A DNA stretch of 63,000 nucleotides, filler included, from Diploschistes diacapsis (Eukaryota), in assembly GCA_023645945.1 (NCBI GenBank). It is 23 parts of 23 records of this genome, joined end to end, with 100 filler letters (N's around TTAATTAATTAA, not from the genome) between each part and the next. Parts side by side here need not be neighbours in the genome. Positions count along the whole stretch, not along the records: positions 10,824 to 29,671 come from JALAIB010000395.1; 22 more parts are not named here. One strand, written 5' to 3'. Made by a program: the position numbers and the translations under genes. The notes beneath the pieces were generated by a model, which ran no database searches, had not been told where the DNA came from, and worked only from the letters and a program-made list of their open reading frames with translations. Positions 10,824 to 23,776 of this stretch are shown here, in pieces; the first letter of the stretch is position 1; every line of letters starts with the position of its first letter.

Positions 10824-13800
10824 CTCCTTCCCTCCGCCGCCGCTCCTCATAACATGCGACGAGATCCCATACTCGTCCGCCGCCGCACTGAAAGCGCTCG
10901 TCGCGCGGCGTATCAGCGACGGGACCTTGAACCCACCCGCCGTAGCGCTGGAGGCGTTGGCGAAAAAGGCGAGGTTGCTGCCGCCGCCCGCACCCGTGGC
11001 CGGGTCGGCCAAGGCGTTGAAAGAGGAAGACTCGCGTTTGAGTGACAGGCGGTCGACGAATGCGGGGACGGGGCCGGGCGCGGTGCGGCGGGGGTTGTTT
11101 CTGGTTGGGGGCTGCTGCGTAACCATACCTGCACTTGCTGGCTCCGCAATACTCATATGTCGCTCCTCGTTCATGTCCCGAGTGTCGACCATACCAGGGG
11201 TCTGGCCGGTCGATGCCAGCGCGTCGAGCTCAGCATCGAGTTCCCGATCGTCCATTTCGATGTCCGAGCTCGGGTCGAAGGGTGAGGGTCCGACGGGGTT
11301 TAGGAGGGCGTTTGGCTCCTCAGTTAGGAAAGAGACAGAGGCGCGGATGTCGGCTAGGGTGGTGGGCTTGTGGGCTATGATTGCGGAGGGGCGGCGGCGG
11401 CGGGCGTTGGCGCGGAGATTGGTGCTGGCTTGGGCTGGGGGGAGGGATTCAGTGAGGGGGCGTTTGCGCTTGAGAGAGGGGGCGGCAGCGGCGTCGGTGG
11501 TTTGAAGTTTGGTGCTGGTTGGGGGAGGACGGTTCTCGGCTTGTGAGTCTGGGATGATGTCCTGGCTCTTCTCTTCTTCTCCCTGCGAGGCACCGTCGCA
11601 AGGTGTGCCATTCAAAAAGTCTGCTGTTTCGTCGTCTTCGTTCTCGCGATCCTCAATAGCGCGCAAGAAAGCGGCTTTCTTGGGATCTTCGGCTATCTTG
11701 CCCACGTTAGTGTCGCCGTCGAGCAGTGCCTTTCGCATCCGTGCGAACTCGCGCCTTTTCCTGCGTTGTCGGGCCTCTACGTCGTCATCCGAGTCCTCTA
11801 GGTCGTCGAAGTCGGCACCTGCGCCGCGTTTCCTCCGGAGGGCACCGGAGTTGATGTCACGGTAGAGTTTAGAGATTGCTGCTTCGTCAGACGCGCGGGA
11901 TTTTTCACTGGGGAAAGGTTAGTGAGTCTAAAACCCAAGCAACCCAAGGAGGAAAAAGGCAGGGTCTTACGCGTAATATGCAGCAATCTTCCTCTCGTCT
12001 ACATCTACATGCCCCTTGTCGATCATCTTCCTGACTTCTTCATCTTCCTCACCTTCGCTGTCGTCGCTCGCGCCACCGAGGCCGGCGTACTCGTCCTCGG
12101 ACTCTACGGCTTGTTCCTCAACCATCCCCTTCGCCTCGCTCTTCGTCTTGTTGTACAGCTGTTCGCGCTTCTTGGCTTTCTTCGAGCCTTTCTTGAGTAC
12201 GTCGAAAGCATCTGCGGAGATCGCAAACCCCTGATCTACAGCCGCTCTTTCCTCAGCGTCTTCGGCTACATCTTTATTCGCCTCCTCCTCGTCGGAGAAC
12301 ACGGCTACTGCCTCAGTCCTCTTCCGAAGACGGCTTTTTCTTTTGACAATTGGCGGCTCCGGAACGGGTTTTGATTGGACAACGACGGTGTCCACCGTGG
12401 ATGGAGGAGCAGCAATGAACCGAGAGGCGATTGGAGAAGACTGCTCGAATCCTTCATCTTGAGTTGGGTCTGGGATTTGAGAAAATTGTGTTAGAACAGG
12501 TACGCGCTCTAGAGGGACAGAGTCTGGCTGGATTTGGGACTGTGTCAAATGCAAATCAATCTCTGCTTCCATGGTATCCTGCGCTTGCGAATCTTTCACA
12601 AGAGAATCCATCTCAACATCCGGAAAGTCGGGAGCAGACAGCGCACCGAGAGCCGCAAGAGAGTCCTCCTCGTTCCCTCCAGACAACTGAGAGTCGGCCA
12701 TTGTGGCAGCAAAGGCCTGTGTAAGGCCCATCGGAGCGGTTACAGCGCCAGCTTGTTGTCCAAACGGGTTTGCAACTACAGGAGAATCTCCTGCAATGAC
12801 AGTCGGTTTCTGGGGCAAATCCTCATCCTCATCGTCGACTATCCTAGTGGCTTTTCGTCTTCGCTGCACTTGAGGAATATCCAATTCTTCATCGGACTCA
12901 TCGTTACGAGGGATGCCGACCTCTTCGTCCTCATCTTCACTCTCCTCTTCATCTTCGTCTTCTTCTTCATCTCCAGAAGCAATGTCGTCGACAAAACCAT
13001 TCGTTCTCTTTTGTACAGCATTTTCCTCGTCTTCATCTATTATCTCGTCATCTTCCTCTTCGTCACCTACATCGTCTTCTTCCCCTTCGTCGTTGCGTTC
13101 CTCTTCAGACCCCGACAGCTCAACGCTGGCATCATCCTCTGCCTGTGCTTCCCCATTCTCCTCGTAATCTTCGTCATCGCTAGAGTCAAATGCCACTTCC
13201 TCTCCATTCGCCCTCTTTTCTTCCCTCACCTCTTCCTTTTCCTTCTTTGCCAATTCTTGAGCCTCAAGCCGAGCCTTTTCAAGCATATCCTCAACAGCAA
13301 GTTGATCAAGCTGACGCTCCTCAGATGTTTGGATAATAACACCCTTCTTCCTGAGTTCTTCAATCCTCTCCGAACGTTCCCTTGCAGCTTGCTGTCGTGC
13401 TTGACGTTGAAGGGTAGATCCAAGTTCAATTGAAGTCATCGACGGCTGGCCGGACTTTCGATGCTGTTTCTTGGGCAACGAAATGTGTGCTAAAGCTTGG
13501 AGTTTGATGAGGGATTTTTCTGCTTTGGCTGTTTTCGCCGGAAGTTGGTCGAAAATAGTCGTTTTGCCTAGAGGATTCTCTGAGGGTACCACTTCCAGAT
13601 CGCTGTCTGAGTCATGAAGGTACCGTGCTGGCGGTACTGGATTCTTTGGAGGCCTCAACTTGATCGGGCGTTGGGTGAAACCAGCCTTCTTGCCTTTTGG
13701 CACCACGTCGCTCCTGGTGGTAGACTGATCTGCTGTGACATTTACAGCTGCTAGCGCAGGCTCGCTCGAGTAATACGCTGGGTCCTTGCCTTTGCCTTTA

Positions 13801-15107
13801 TCAAGGGTCTTGCTGTTCAGAAGGTCGCCGACTGTGGACAATTCTTCTTCGCCATCGGGTTGCAGTAGAGAAGTTTCTGGAACAAGAGTTGTGAGCATCC
13901 GTTTGGAGGCCTTCAAGCTTTGCGATTTCTCCGGAGTTGTGAGAGGTGTATTCTTGTCATGAATGGCCTCTGTATCGGAGTTGGGAGCAGAGCTGTTCAC
14001 GGTGGATGAGCTAGCTTGCACTTGGGTTACAACAGGACTCCGTTTGGTTTTGAATCGCGCCAATAGACTGTCTTTTGTTATTTTCTTTCTTGTCCTCGCT
14101 TCATGCGCCAGCTGCATATTGCGGCTCATCCTTTGGGTCTCTCTCGCCATCTCCTCCATTGCCTTCTTGCTGGCCTTTCGCGTGGGTCGGGAGCGCTGCG
14201 TGAGCTTAAGATTTTCCTCGTTGTCCTCGTCAGCGCTATCAACTTCAGATACGTTGGATGTCATCCCATTGTGTTTTGCTCTTTCATTTGACGATGCAAG
14301 AACCGCTCGCTTCGCACGCTTCGCCTCTTCGGCTGCTTCTTTGGCCTTTCGCTCTTCGCGTTTACGAGCAACTAAAGCCAAGAACCTATCGTTCTTCAAG
14401 AGGTTTAAAGGAAGATCAGGTTCTGAGCCATCATCATCATCATCAACTCTACCTGCCTTTGCTTGTAAACCGCTCAAGGCACCTTCAGCCTGTGGAGACT
14501 TGGCTTGTTGGGTATCTTCACCGGGGCTATGGGCTTTCTGTGATGGTGACTGAGGGATTGATCCATGACTCTCTTCTATGTCTGCTGAAATCTCAGATTT
14601 TCGTTTTCGTCTGAGGAAGCCGCCAAATCTCTTTGGTTGCTCCAGATCCTCATTACTGAGTTCCTTGTCAACATCCGCTTGCTGTAACTCGTTTTCCTCT
14701 TCTTGCCTCTGAATCAAACGCTTCACTCTGTTATACGCGTCGCCATCCTCAGAAGCGGCAAGTGCGTCCTCTGGCTGTTTCGTGGCTGCCGAAGCATGTA
14801 GTCGCCTAGCAAGCTTCCCTCGCGGTACGACAACTTCGTCATCGTCATTATCTTCGTTGGCTTCATCGACTGAAAATGATTTGGTTTTTGGCTGAAGTGC
14901 TGGTTCTTGTAGAGTCTCCGAGTTGAAGCGTACGTATTGCTCGTTCAATTTCTGGGGTGACGCCGTGTCCGAGTTGTCGTCGACGGCCGCGAGGAGAGCC
15001 TTCACTTTACTGCGTGGCGTCAGTTGCTCTACGACATCACTGGAGCTTCCTGGTGTCGATGCTCTGGATTGCGCCGCGCTTCGCAGTGAAGGTGATGGAG
15101 ACGACAT
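10824..15107 (-). CDS. MRC1: Mediator of replication checkpoint Mrc1/claspin (3' end truncated by contig edge)
   Basis: MRC1-like domain EQAVESEDEYAGLGGASDD...LYRDINSGALRRKRG spans intron 11908-11970; SQ/TQ cluster; acidic tracts. Confidence 0.92.
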
Positions 15108-15216
15108 GGCATAGATTACCCCACATCAATTGCTGTTCTCAGTATTTCGATGTGATCTGAAAGATGCATCGTAAATAGTAGATAGAACGAGCTAAAGAAG
15201 CTTAGCAAAGACAGAC

Positions 15217-15251
15217 ACGCGAACCAGGCTTATGACGCGGGGAGAACGCGT
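15217..15251. promoter_or_regulatory. MCB (MluI cell-cycle box) cluster upstream of MRC1
   Basis: ACGCG at 15217 and 15235 and ACGCGT at 15246, 110-145 bp upstream of the ATG. Confidence 0.7.
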
Positions 15252-17934
15252 TTTGCCCTCCCAGAAATTGAATAGAGGTCAGGTGACAATGTCAAGGATC
15301 ATCTCCTAGAACGCTCTTGCGGTCCTCCTTTAAACAGTAAGCATCCTCGCCATTTATGTTCAAAAAAGAATGTGGTTTCATTTTTTACTTATATATACTA
15401 TATAAAGACGAAGTTTGGAAGCGCCAGCAAGCACATCTTAGAAATGCTTCCAAGTCAACTATTTCATAGTACAGAGTAATTACTATAGTCCCAAGGCTTT
15501 GGTGTACTTGCTAAAAAGAGTGCAGCTTAACAGCCCCATCAACTTCAAGACTGAATGCTGCCAGTAGCACGATATCCTGCGACCAAATACTGTATGGGTT
15601 CTTGAAAAGCGCGCTCGAGTGTGACGAGACACTACGAGCACTTCGAATCTTCATGGAGAAGTTATCTGGCCTTAATAATCCAAAATCGCTGAATAAGCTA
15701 AGCGAAGAAGAATTCGAAGCATTTCAAGCCGCCTTTACTTCAGAGTCGATATTGGCCGCCGTACAGCAGGTCAATAAGAATACATTTTCAGCTAGCTGGA
15801 AGAGTTTTACCAGCAATAGACTGCGCTATCTGGAGGGTTGAAGCACTTTGGATCGCTTAACAACCTCATAGGCTTGATCATGCATCACCAATCAATAAAT
15901 GATAAGGTGGAGGAGTTCTGGGAAGCAAGAAACGAAAGAACCAAATTATTCCCGCAAAACGGTGGAGCGAAGAATTCATCTTTACGTTCGACTGGCATCA
16001 GCGAGCCAGACCTACTTTGGCGAGCAGCATGATAAACCTTTCCTCCGGAAACCACAACCGCCACTCACATTGAAAATGGTTACCTAGTTACAAAGATGTT
16101 CGGCGTCTCCGTCCGGCGTGTTGAGCAAATGCCAGTTTTAGCCCTGGTCCGTATTCTGCTACAGCAACTCTCAGGGGTGGAGAAGAGTCATTTCGGTCAA
16201 GGAGGCCTTAGAGAGGGGCTTTGTGGGGTATGCTTCCTGAAAAGGTGTAGGAGGAGAGTCCGCTTCTGGTTTAGTGGACGGTCTGATGGCGATATTGACA
16301 TCGCTATATCACCATAATCCCTCAAGGATGACATGCCTGGCGGCCAGAATCTACCACCACTTCTCCCCTTCGTCAACGACCCAACCCTGACACCACGTCC
16401 GCATCAACCTCCTGTACACTCACACAGGCCGCATGAAAGATATTCGCCCCTCCGGCGATTGTTGTTGGGAAGGAAGAGCGGGAGGGGATGAGGCGAGGCG
16501 CGTTGGGAGTTGACAGGGAAGAAGAGGAAGGCGAGGTAGATGGTTGCAGACGACGAGGGAGGGCAAAACTGGGGAGGAGTAGATCTACAGTACTATGCCA
16601 AAAATAATGGACCCTCCCCAAAATTATATCAAAATGCGTTTATTTTATAAAGCTGCTATATCACTCATAAACCTTTTAAAAATTCAGAACATATTAAAGC
16701 AGTTCATGAAGAAGTAAATATTCAAATGTTTTTTCTTTTCGAAGTTATTGCAGCAGTAAATGAAAACAACTACCTTATAAAGATCGAGAATGTACCGGTG
16801 CCGCGGAAAATCGCAGCAGCGTTACACTTTAAAAGTTTATCATGTTATTAATCATTCAGTATCGCATTGAAAGATTTTAAAAGAAGTCACGTAGACTGAT
16901 CGTATTATAAAAGGTTTTCGTACATTTTTTTGACTTCTTAAAATTTTAATTGGTGAGGCGGGAGCGTCGTGAAATTTGGTGTGTTTTGTGTTTTAGGGCA
17001 GGGCCCATTACTTTTGGAACGTGACTGTAGGATGCGCCCAAGCAGGTCCGGAAATGGGGCAGGATGGAGAGAAGAGGAGGTGACGCGCAGAAAGGAAGGG
17101 GAGGAGCGGAAGTAGTAATGACAACAGTCAGCCATGTGGGATGAATTAATTGATTGCTCAAGTCTGACAGTGACTCAGTGATTTGCGGCTCCCATTCCAA
17201 CATTCTGCAACACATCCTGCGCCAACAACAGCACTGATTGGCAGTCTAGAACGGATCCAACATGCTAATATGTATATGATGTCCTAACAATACCTCGTAC
17301 ATGGTACAGAGTAGGTGCTCTTCTCAGATACTTACCCGCTTCTCACTTTTAGTGCTTACCTATGCATCTTCTCTTCACCCCATTTTGCATGATGAAGAGA
17401 AGTAAGTCTATTGGATTGACAATTGAATTCGACATTCGACGTCACACGAAGAGAATTTGAGAGGCAGAATGGCAGGCCCGGTTAAAGGTGGGATGAGGCC
17501 ATAACCAACTACGTTTGGGGCACTCGTTTGAAGTCGCTCAAGCTGCAACGTCGGCATGCTATGCCACGATACGACTGTCTGCGCCACGAATGGTCTTCGC
17601 TTTGCTGCCAGCCGGGCTGCCAAAGGAGGGAGGCAGACTTTTGCAACTCGTTTCAGCCAGCGCGGCGTTCCTGACCCTTGAGAGTTGGAAGGATTCGGTA
17701 CTGTTCGAGTATGTACCTTGCAGCGTGTGGAGTTGCAGTATGAGCTTCCTAGCAGGATACATACGAGTACAGCCAAGACACGCCACCGCAAATAGATAAA
17801 AAGGTTTTATTCCCCCTCTACCTAGAAGCTCTTGATCAAAGGAACCAGCATCTTCCAAACATATAACCCAAAACACCCCCCCATCTCTTATTACAAGCAT
17901 CTTTCCAAGAGTATCACTACCCAAATACATAATC

Positions 17935-18462
17935 ATGAAGCTCACTCTCTCCCTCTCGCTTGCCGCAGCCCTCATCTCCACCACCGCAACCGCCTATGGC
18001 AACATCTACGCCCGCAGCGCCTTCTCCGACGACCTCGACCTCGTGGACTACTATGCCCGCGACGCCGAGCCCTTCGACGACGATCTCGACCTCTACGCCC
18101 GCGACGCCGAACCCTTCGAAGAAGACGACGAACTCCTCTTGCTCGTGGCCCGCGAGCTGGCCGCCGAGCTGTACGCCCGCAACCCCCCGTCCCGCTCCAG
18201 CAGCTCGTCCTCCTCCAGCGGACTCTTCCAGAGACCCCTGGGCAGCGGCTCCGGGGCCCCGGCCGGGAACGGCGGATTCAGCCCCCAGAGCCCAGGCCTC
18301 GGCAGCCATTTCACTTACACGGGCGCTTACACCCTCGACGCCAACGGCGGCCGGCGCCAATCCACCGGGAGCAGTAATGCGATTGGGGATGGTCGCCCAG
18401 CTCCACCGCCGCGCCGGAAGACGGCGCGCCGCAGCGTTGCGCCGGCCTTGTACGCCGAGTAG
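17935..18462 (+). CDS. Secreted repeat precursor protein (YAR-DAEP repeats)
   Basis: Signal peptide MKLTLSLSLAAALISTTATA, acidic repeats ending YAR/VAR, Gly/Ser/Pro-rich C-terminus, strong C-ending codon bias. Confidence 0.88.
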   Translation: MKLTLSLSLAAALISTTATAYGNIYARSAFSDDLDLVDYYARDAEPFDDDLDLYARDAEPFEEDDELLLLVARELAAELYARNPPSRSSSSSSSSGLFQRPLGSGSGAPAGNGGFSPQSPGLGSHFTYTGAYTLDANGGRRQSTGSSNAIGDGRPAPPPRRKTARRSVAPALYAE

Positions 18463-19521
18463 GTGGGGTTTCTGGAGGTGTTAAAAAGCAGCACGGCATA
18501 TAGCAGAGGCCGTGGAGCGATGAGGAGCAAGGAGTGCGTTGAGCTTGTATAAAAGAAAATGTGGTCCTTTGTGGTGAGTTGAAAGTGAAAAAACAAGCAC
18601 ACGGATTTTATGAGCGGCTTGGGAAGGATTTGGACTGTACTATAGAATCAGGGTGGGCTCGTGCAAACCGCTTTTAAGCCATGTAGATATATTTTTACCC
18701 ATGTCTTTCCTCCCCTACATGGCACCCAAGTTTCACAGCCCTCAAACTCAGTCTCTCGGCCCGAACTATTTTTCCCTCGCAGACACTATGCTCTTCGCGC
18801 TTTTTTGAGCTCAATTGGTCCTCAAAATCGCGTCTTCAAAAAAAAAAGGACTTTCGAAGGTGCGCAATAGCGCGGGCAGATGTAGCTGGATGGTGTTTCA
18901 GGACAATGACATGAAAGGAAATGCAGGACAAAAGGTATGGTCTCTTAGCTTACTAGCCTTCAGTAGGGAATGGTAGCTGAAATCAGATTGAAAGAAATCA
19001 TGCCAAAAATCACCCGTGATGAAAGGGGGGGGTGGTAAGTATCAGGGCGCAGAGCTGCGGCCGCCCAGCGTTAGGGCGGCCATTAACTTGGTCGCCGAAA
19101 GGAGTGAAGGCGACGCAGGTTTTTGTTACCTTGGTAGCTAATAGATTGAAGATGACCGAAAATTTACCCCCATGCTCAGTTAAGCTGCCGTTGCCCAGAG
19201 CTCGTCGGCTGGATACCTAAGCCCAGGTAATATAGTAAGAAATACAGACAGAGACGTGAGATGATGGCAGGGCTGGATGTAGGGCGCAGAAGAAGCTCCT
19301 GCTTATGAGGTCAATTGCTGGCCCGAATCGGCATGCAATCTTGGCCATCCTGAGCCGTGTACGCTCTTTATCCTTTTGCCATCCCACTCACGTCTTCGAT
19401 AGCTAATTTGCTTTCGCCTGTGCTTCGCTGCGTTCTTGCTTAGCATCTCTGTTGGTTTCAAGTTTGGCAGGCTCTTCTTCTAGTCGACGTCGCTGAAGGC
19501 ATTCGTCAATCCAGGATCCAT

Positions 19522-20702
19522 TTATCGGGCAGGGAAACTTAGCTCGAACTCGAAATGCACATCATGCAAAGCTTTGAATAGGCCAATCACGCCGATTATG
19601 AACGGTATCAGCTGGCCAGTGGCTTGGATAGTGTACACTCCGTCAATACCATTCCACATAGCCAATATGGTGTAAATAGCGCACGCGATAGACCCAGTCA
19701 CGAAGACTGTGTTCGCCATGTTAAACGTCTTCTTGCCTGCCCTAGATAATTTGTTGGACGGATCCTTAGATATTGCAAATATAAAATCTCTCATATCACT
19801 CATGGTAATACCTTCCTCTTCTTGGCCATTGTCAGCTTCGATTAAACTTAAGAGCTTTGCCGTGTTTTCGATGCGTTTCTGCACTTTCTGTCTGTTTTGC
19901 ATGTCTTCCAGAGGACGGTCTAGCCGGACTATGGACCGCGTTTCTCGAGCTCCACTTCTGATAATAAGGTACGTGTAGGTTATGCCCTGCAGAGACGCCG
20001 ACAGAGGCCTGGAAGAGCGGTATTTAGAGTCGTGAGCGAGGAGGATGACTAAGGGGTTGTTACAGTGCGTATTAATGTATTCCAGAAGTTCCTTCTTTGC
20101 GGCCGGGCTCAGCGGTATTGCCTTGCTTTTGAAGAAGGCAAGGAAATCTTCGCAGTAGGGAAACAGTCCAAAAGACCATGATGCTGCGAAGAGAATGGAG
20201 AGGACAGCAAAGAAGATGCTAACACCTCGAAAGGCTTTTGCAGGGATCGGAGCAAAAAAAGATAGGACCGTTCCGCATTCCGAGGACTGCTTAAAGTGCT
20301 CACTGTCGGCTCCTGCGACCCAGAACCAGCTTGCATAAACGGGCACGATCACATGGGCCACATTTTAACAGGAGCAAGCGCCACCATACAGGACGCAACG
20401 ATGGCGACCTTTCCGCCTATACCCACAGAGCTGAGCATGCCACCAATAATCATGTATAGCATGATCACGACTTCCACAGAATGCGCGCGCTCGTCCACAT
20501 CCCATGACTGGAATGTGAGAATAAAGATGGCACCAGTAAGAGCGAGGGAAAAGATTGTCCAAGATTCTGCGAGGTCGTTGGCGCTATCAAGCTGGAAGTA
20601 ATATGCTATTTGTGTCGAAAGCCATAGCAGGTACGCCCCAACGCGGGTTCCAAGTCCGTAGAGATCAGAGTTGCCTGCGAAGCCACAGCTCGATTGCGAC
20701 AT
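19522..20702 (-). pseudogene. Fungal uncharacterised multi-pass membrane protein, apparently disrupted
   Basis: Motifs GNSDLYGLG.RVG.YL.W, YASWFW and WNGIDGVY...GQLIPFIIG are split over two frames near 20350, with no in-phase intron found. Confidence 0.6.
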
Positions 20703-21166
20703 TGTACGAGCTTTCTGCGTATTCAAAGGAGAGAGAGTGCGACGCATATAGCTGCCAGTTCCATGCGAAGAGACAAGGGAAGAGGACTGACTGTTTGCCT
20801 ATATTGACATGGAAAAGCGTGGGTTGACTGGGACGGAGCCAACAAACACCCCTGGGGCCCAGCAAGGCAGTTGAATGATTAGAGACGAGTAGTCGAGCTT
20901 AAACTTACTGTCTATCTTGGGAGTTGGAACGTTCCATTTCAATAATAGTCCATAAGAGCTGCAGTCAAAAGGTATAGCGCTGAAAGAGCCACCTACCTAT
21001 TGGCATATGGCTGTATCAATCCAACATGTCGATTGGCTCGTTTAACGTGTCCACAGGGCTCAAGCTATTACTCATCCGACGCACCGGCAATTATCGTGAT
21101 TCATCCTTTCTTCTAGATCTCTAGTAGGTATATTTACCTTATTCGCTACGGTCAGGAATTTTTGCG

Positions 21167-23333
21167 ATGAATGGCCTTCCTATAATATCGGGCCTGGAAA
21201 CAGCAACCGAGAAAATTCGAGGCGCCGTTGATCAACATCCTTCCCCACTGTATGAGGAGCAGGGTGGTTCGGTGAAGCAAGATGACCTGGTGCTCAACCG
21301 CCTAGGAAAGAAGCCTGTACTAAGGGTGAGTTCCGTGGCATCTCTTCTTGAAGTCGAATGGCAATCTCCATGCGAAATCCATTTCCCATGTTTTCAATAG
21401 CCTAGAAAGCCTACGACATACTCCGCGGACTCATTTGCTCATAGCGACGGTTTGGACTCATCTCTATATTTGCACTCAACTGTCTGAATCTCAACACATG
21501 GGGAACCGCTTTTCAGTACGTTCTGAGATGCATGGACTGCAGGAAACAAAGAAGCTAAAAAGTAACGTAGGGTCATCGGTTTAGGGCTCTTAAAGTTCGT
21601 CGTGCCGCTAGGAAACTCAAAATGAGACAGTGTTATCGTATTAACCCACTCATCCTAGTGGTGGTCCCGCTGGCTCAGTATACGGATGGATCTTCGTCTG
21701 GCTTGGGGGATCCGCTGTTCTTTGTTGCCTCGCTGAGCTTGCGTCAATGTCAGCCTTCTAAACATGATCAGCTAAAAGTGCTGGGCGAAGATCATGGGGA
21801 AGCTGACATTTCGTTGCAAGGTCCCCCACGAGCGGTGGCCAGTACCACTGGGTTTCTCTTCTGGCCCCAACGTCTAGTCAGAAGTTCTTGAGCTACGTAA
21901 CGGGTACATGCAGCTTTCAAGAGTACAGAGAAAAGAACAGTAGCCTAACATAAAATGTTACAGGCTGGCTTACCGTCCTGGGATGGCTGTCCGGCGTCGC
22001 CGCATCAACCTACATCAGTGGTACAATTCTACAGGCGCTGATCCAGCTCGTCAACCCTTCTTATGCTCCTCAACTTTGGCAGGGGACCTTGCTCGTATAC
22101 GGGGTTCTTGCTCTTTGTTTGTTCTTCACCATAGTACTGGGTCGCGCCTTACCACTCTTGGAGACAAGTCTGCTGGTGTTCTATGCGTTCGGCTACTTTG
22201 CAGTTCTGATACCAATGGTTCACCTAGCACCCCAGCAAGCAAGCGCACAGACGGTCTTCACAATGTTCATCAACCGGGGTGGATGGAGCAGTCAGGGTCT
22301 CTCCTTTTTCGTTGGGATCTCAGGGTGGGCATTTGCCACTCTCGGTAAGTCACTCAGTACTTCTCGACCTTATCTGTCTCGAGCCTAATAGGTACTTAGG
22401 GGGCGACGCGGCAGTGCATGTAAGAATCCTGGCAGTTCAGCTGTATATTGCAATCAGTACAACAATAGAATGACTAACGCTGCTCTTCAGATGAGCGAAG
22501 AAGTCCATAATGCAGCAGTCATAGTGCCACGCTCCATGTTGATCAGTATTGCTGTTAATAGCACCATTGGGGGATCCATGCTGCTAGCACAGCTGTTCTG
22601 CATTCCCGACCCCGAAGGCCTCCTCAATCTAGGCCTGCAGTACCCATTCATCCAAGTCTTTCTCAATAGCACGGGTTCGGTGGTCGGTAGTGCCCTGATG
22701 GTGGCTATAAACATAATCAACCAGGTCGGTCTCAACATTACAAACGTAGCGACAGCCTCACGCATGCTATGGTCCTTTTCACGCGATAAAGGCGTACCAG
22801 GCTGGCGGCACATCACCCGCGTGACAAACCACTCTCGCCTCCCGGTGACCGCCATCCTCGTCACGACGGTCTTCGCCATGCTCGTGGTCCTTATCAGCGT
22901 CGGGTCTTCCGTCGCGTTCAACGACGTCATATCCCTCACCGTCGGCAGTCTGTTCTGCTCCTACCTGCTCGTCTGCTCGCTGCTTCTCTGGCGCCGCTGC
23001 ACAGGCTCCGTAGTCTCTCCTTCTTCACAGGCCACACACGACTCTTTCGGCGCCAATACCCCGGGCGCGGCGGGTAAGCTGGTCTGGGGGCCTTTCCACA
23101 TGCGTGGCTACCTGGGCATTTTCGTCAACGCGGTTGCGTGCGCTTACATGGTCGTTGTGCTTTTTTTTGTTGTCTGGCCGCCTGCTACACCGACCACGGC
23201 GGCGTCGATGAACTACGCCATTGTCATGTTCTCCGCCGTCGCTATGCTCGCGACGGTTTACTATTTAGTCTGGGCACGCAAGACCTACAAAGGACCGGTC
23301 ATCGAGACTTCTAGGTCTGAGCCTGTTTTATAG
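21167..23333 (+). CDS. APC-family amino-acid/GABA/choline permease (multi-exon)
   Basis: Spliced exons give LGKKPVLR.RFGL, NGGPAG, LAELASM.PTSGGQYHWV, GWLTVLGW, GDAAVH-MSEEV and SRMLWSFSRDKG. Confidence 0.92.
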
Positions 23334-23776
23334 AAATCTCAATTGAAGCATTGCGGAAAGCGACAGTCTAATATTGTATATATGGTAGCGGGTATATGCC
23401 GCCGTTATGCGGTAGAAAATATAGAGGTGCTCGTATTAAGCGTAGAAAAGGAGATGCTTCAAGACATGCAACAAGCTGCCCAATAGACTGCGGTCCTCGT
23501 GCAGTAAGAGCAGAAGCACGTATACAGATTGCAGGTACGGGCATGCCAACAGGCGGTGTTACGATGACCTTTATGCATTCCAGCCGTCAACAGCCCGCGG
23601 ACTACGACAAGCACATACTCATGCGCAATAACAACAGTTCAGGTAATGCCCACCCGAGCGTCTTAATGTGCATCAAGATAACGCTGAAGCTCTTATTATG
23701 CTTAATAGTGCTATCATCACGTTCTAACCTTTGGGTGTCCATTCAGTAGTTTTCGAGCCAGTCTACTCCTCTGTGT

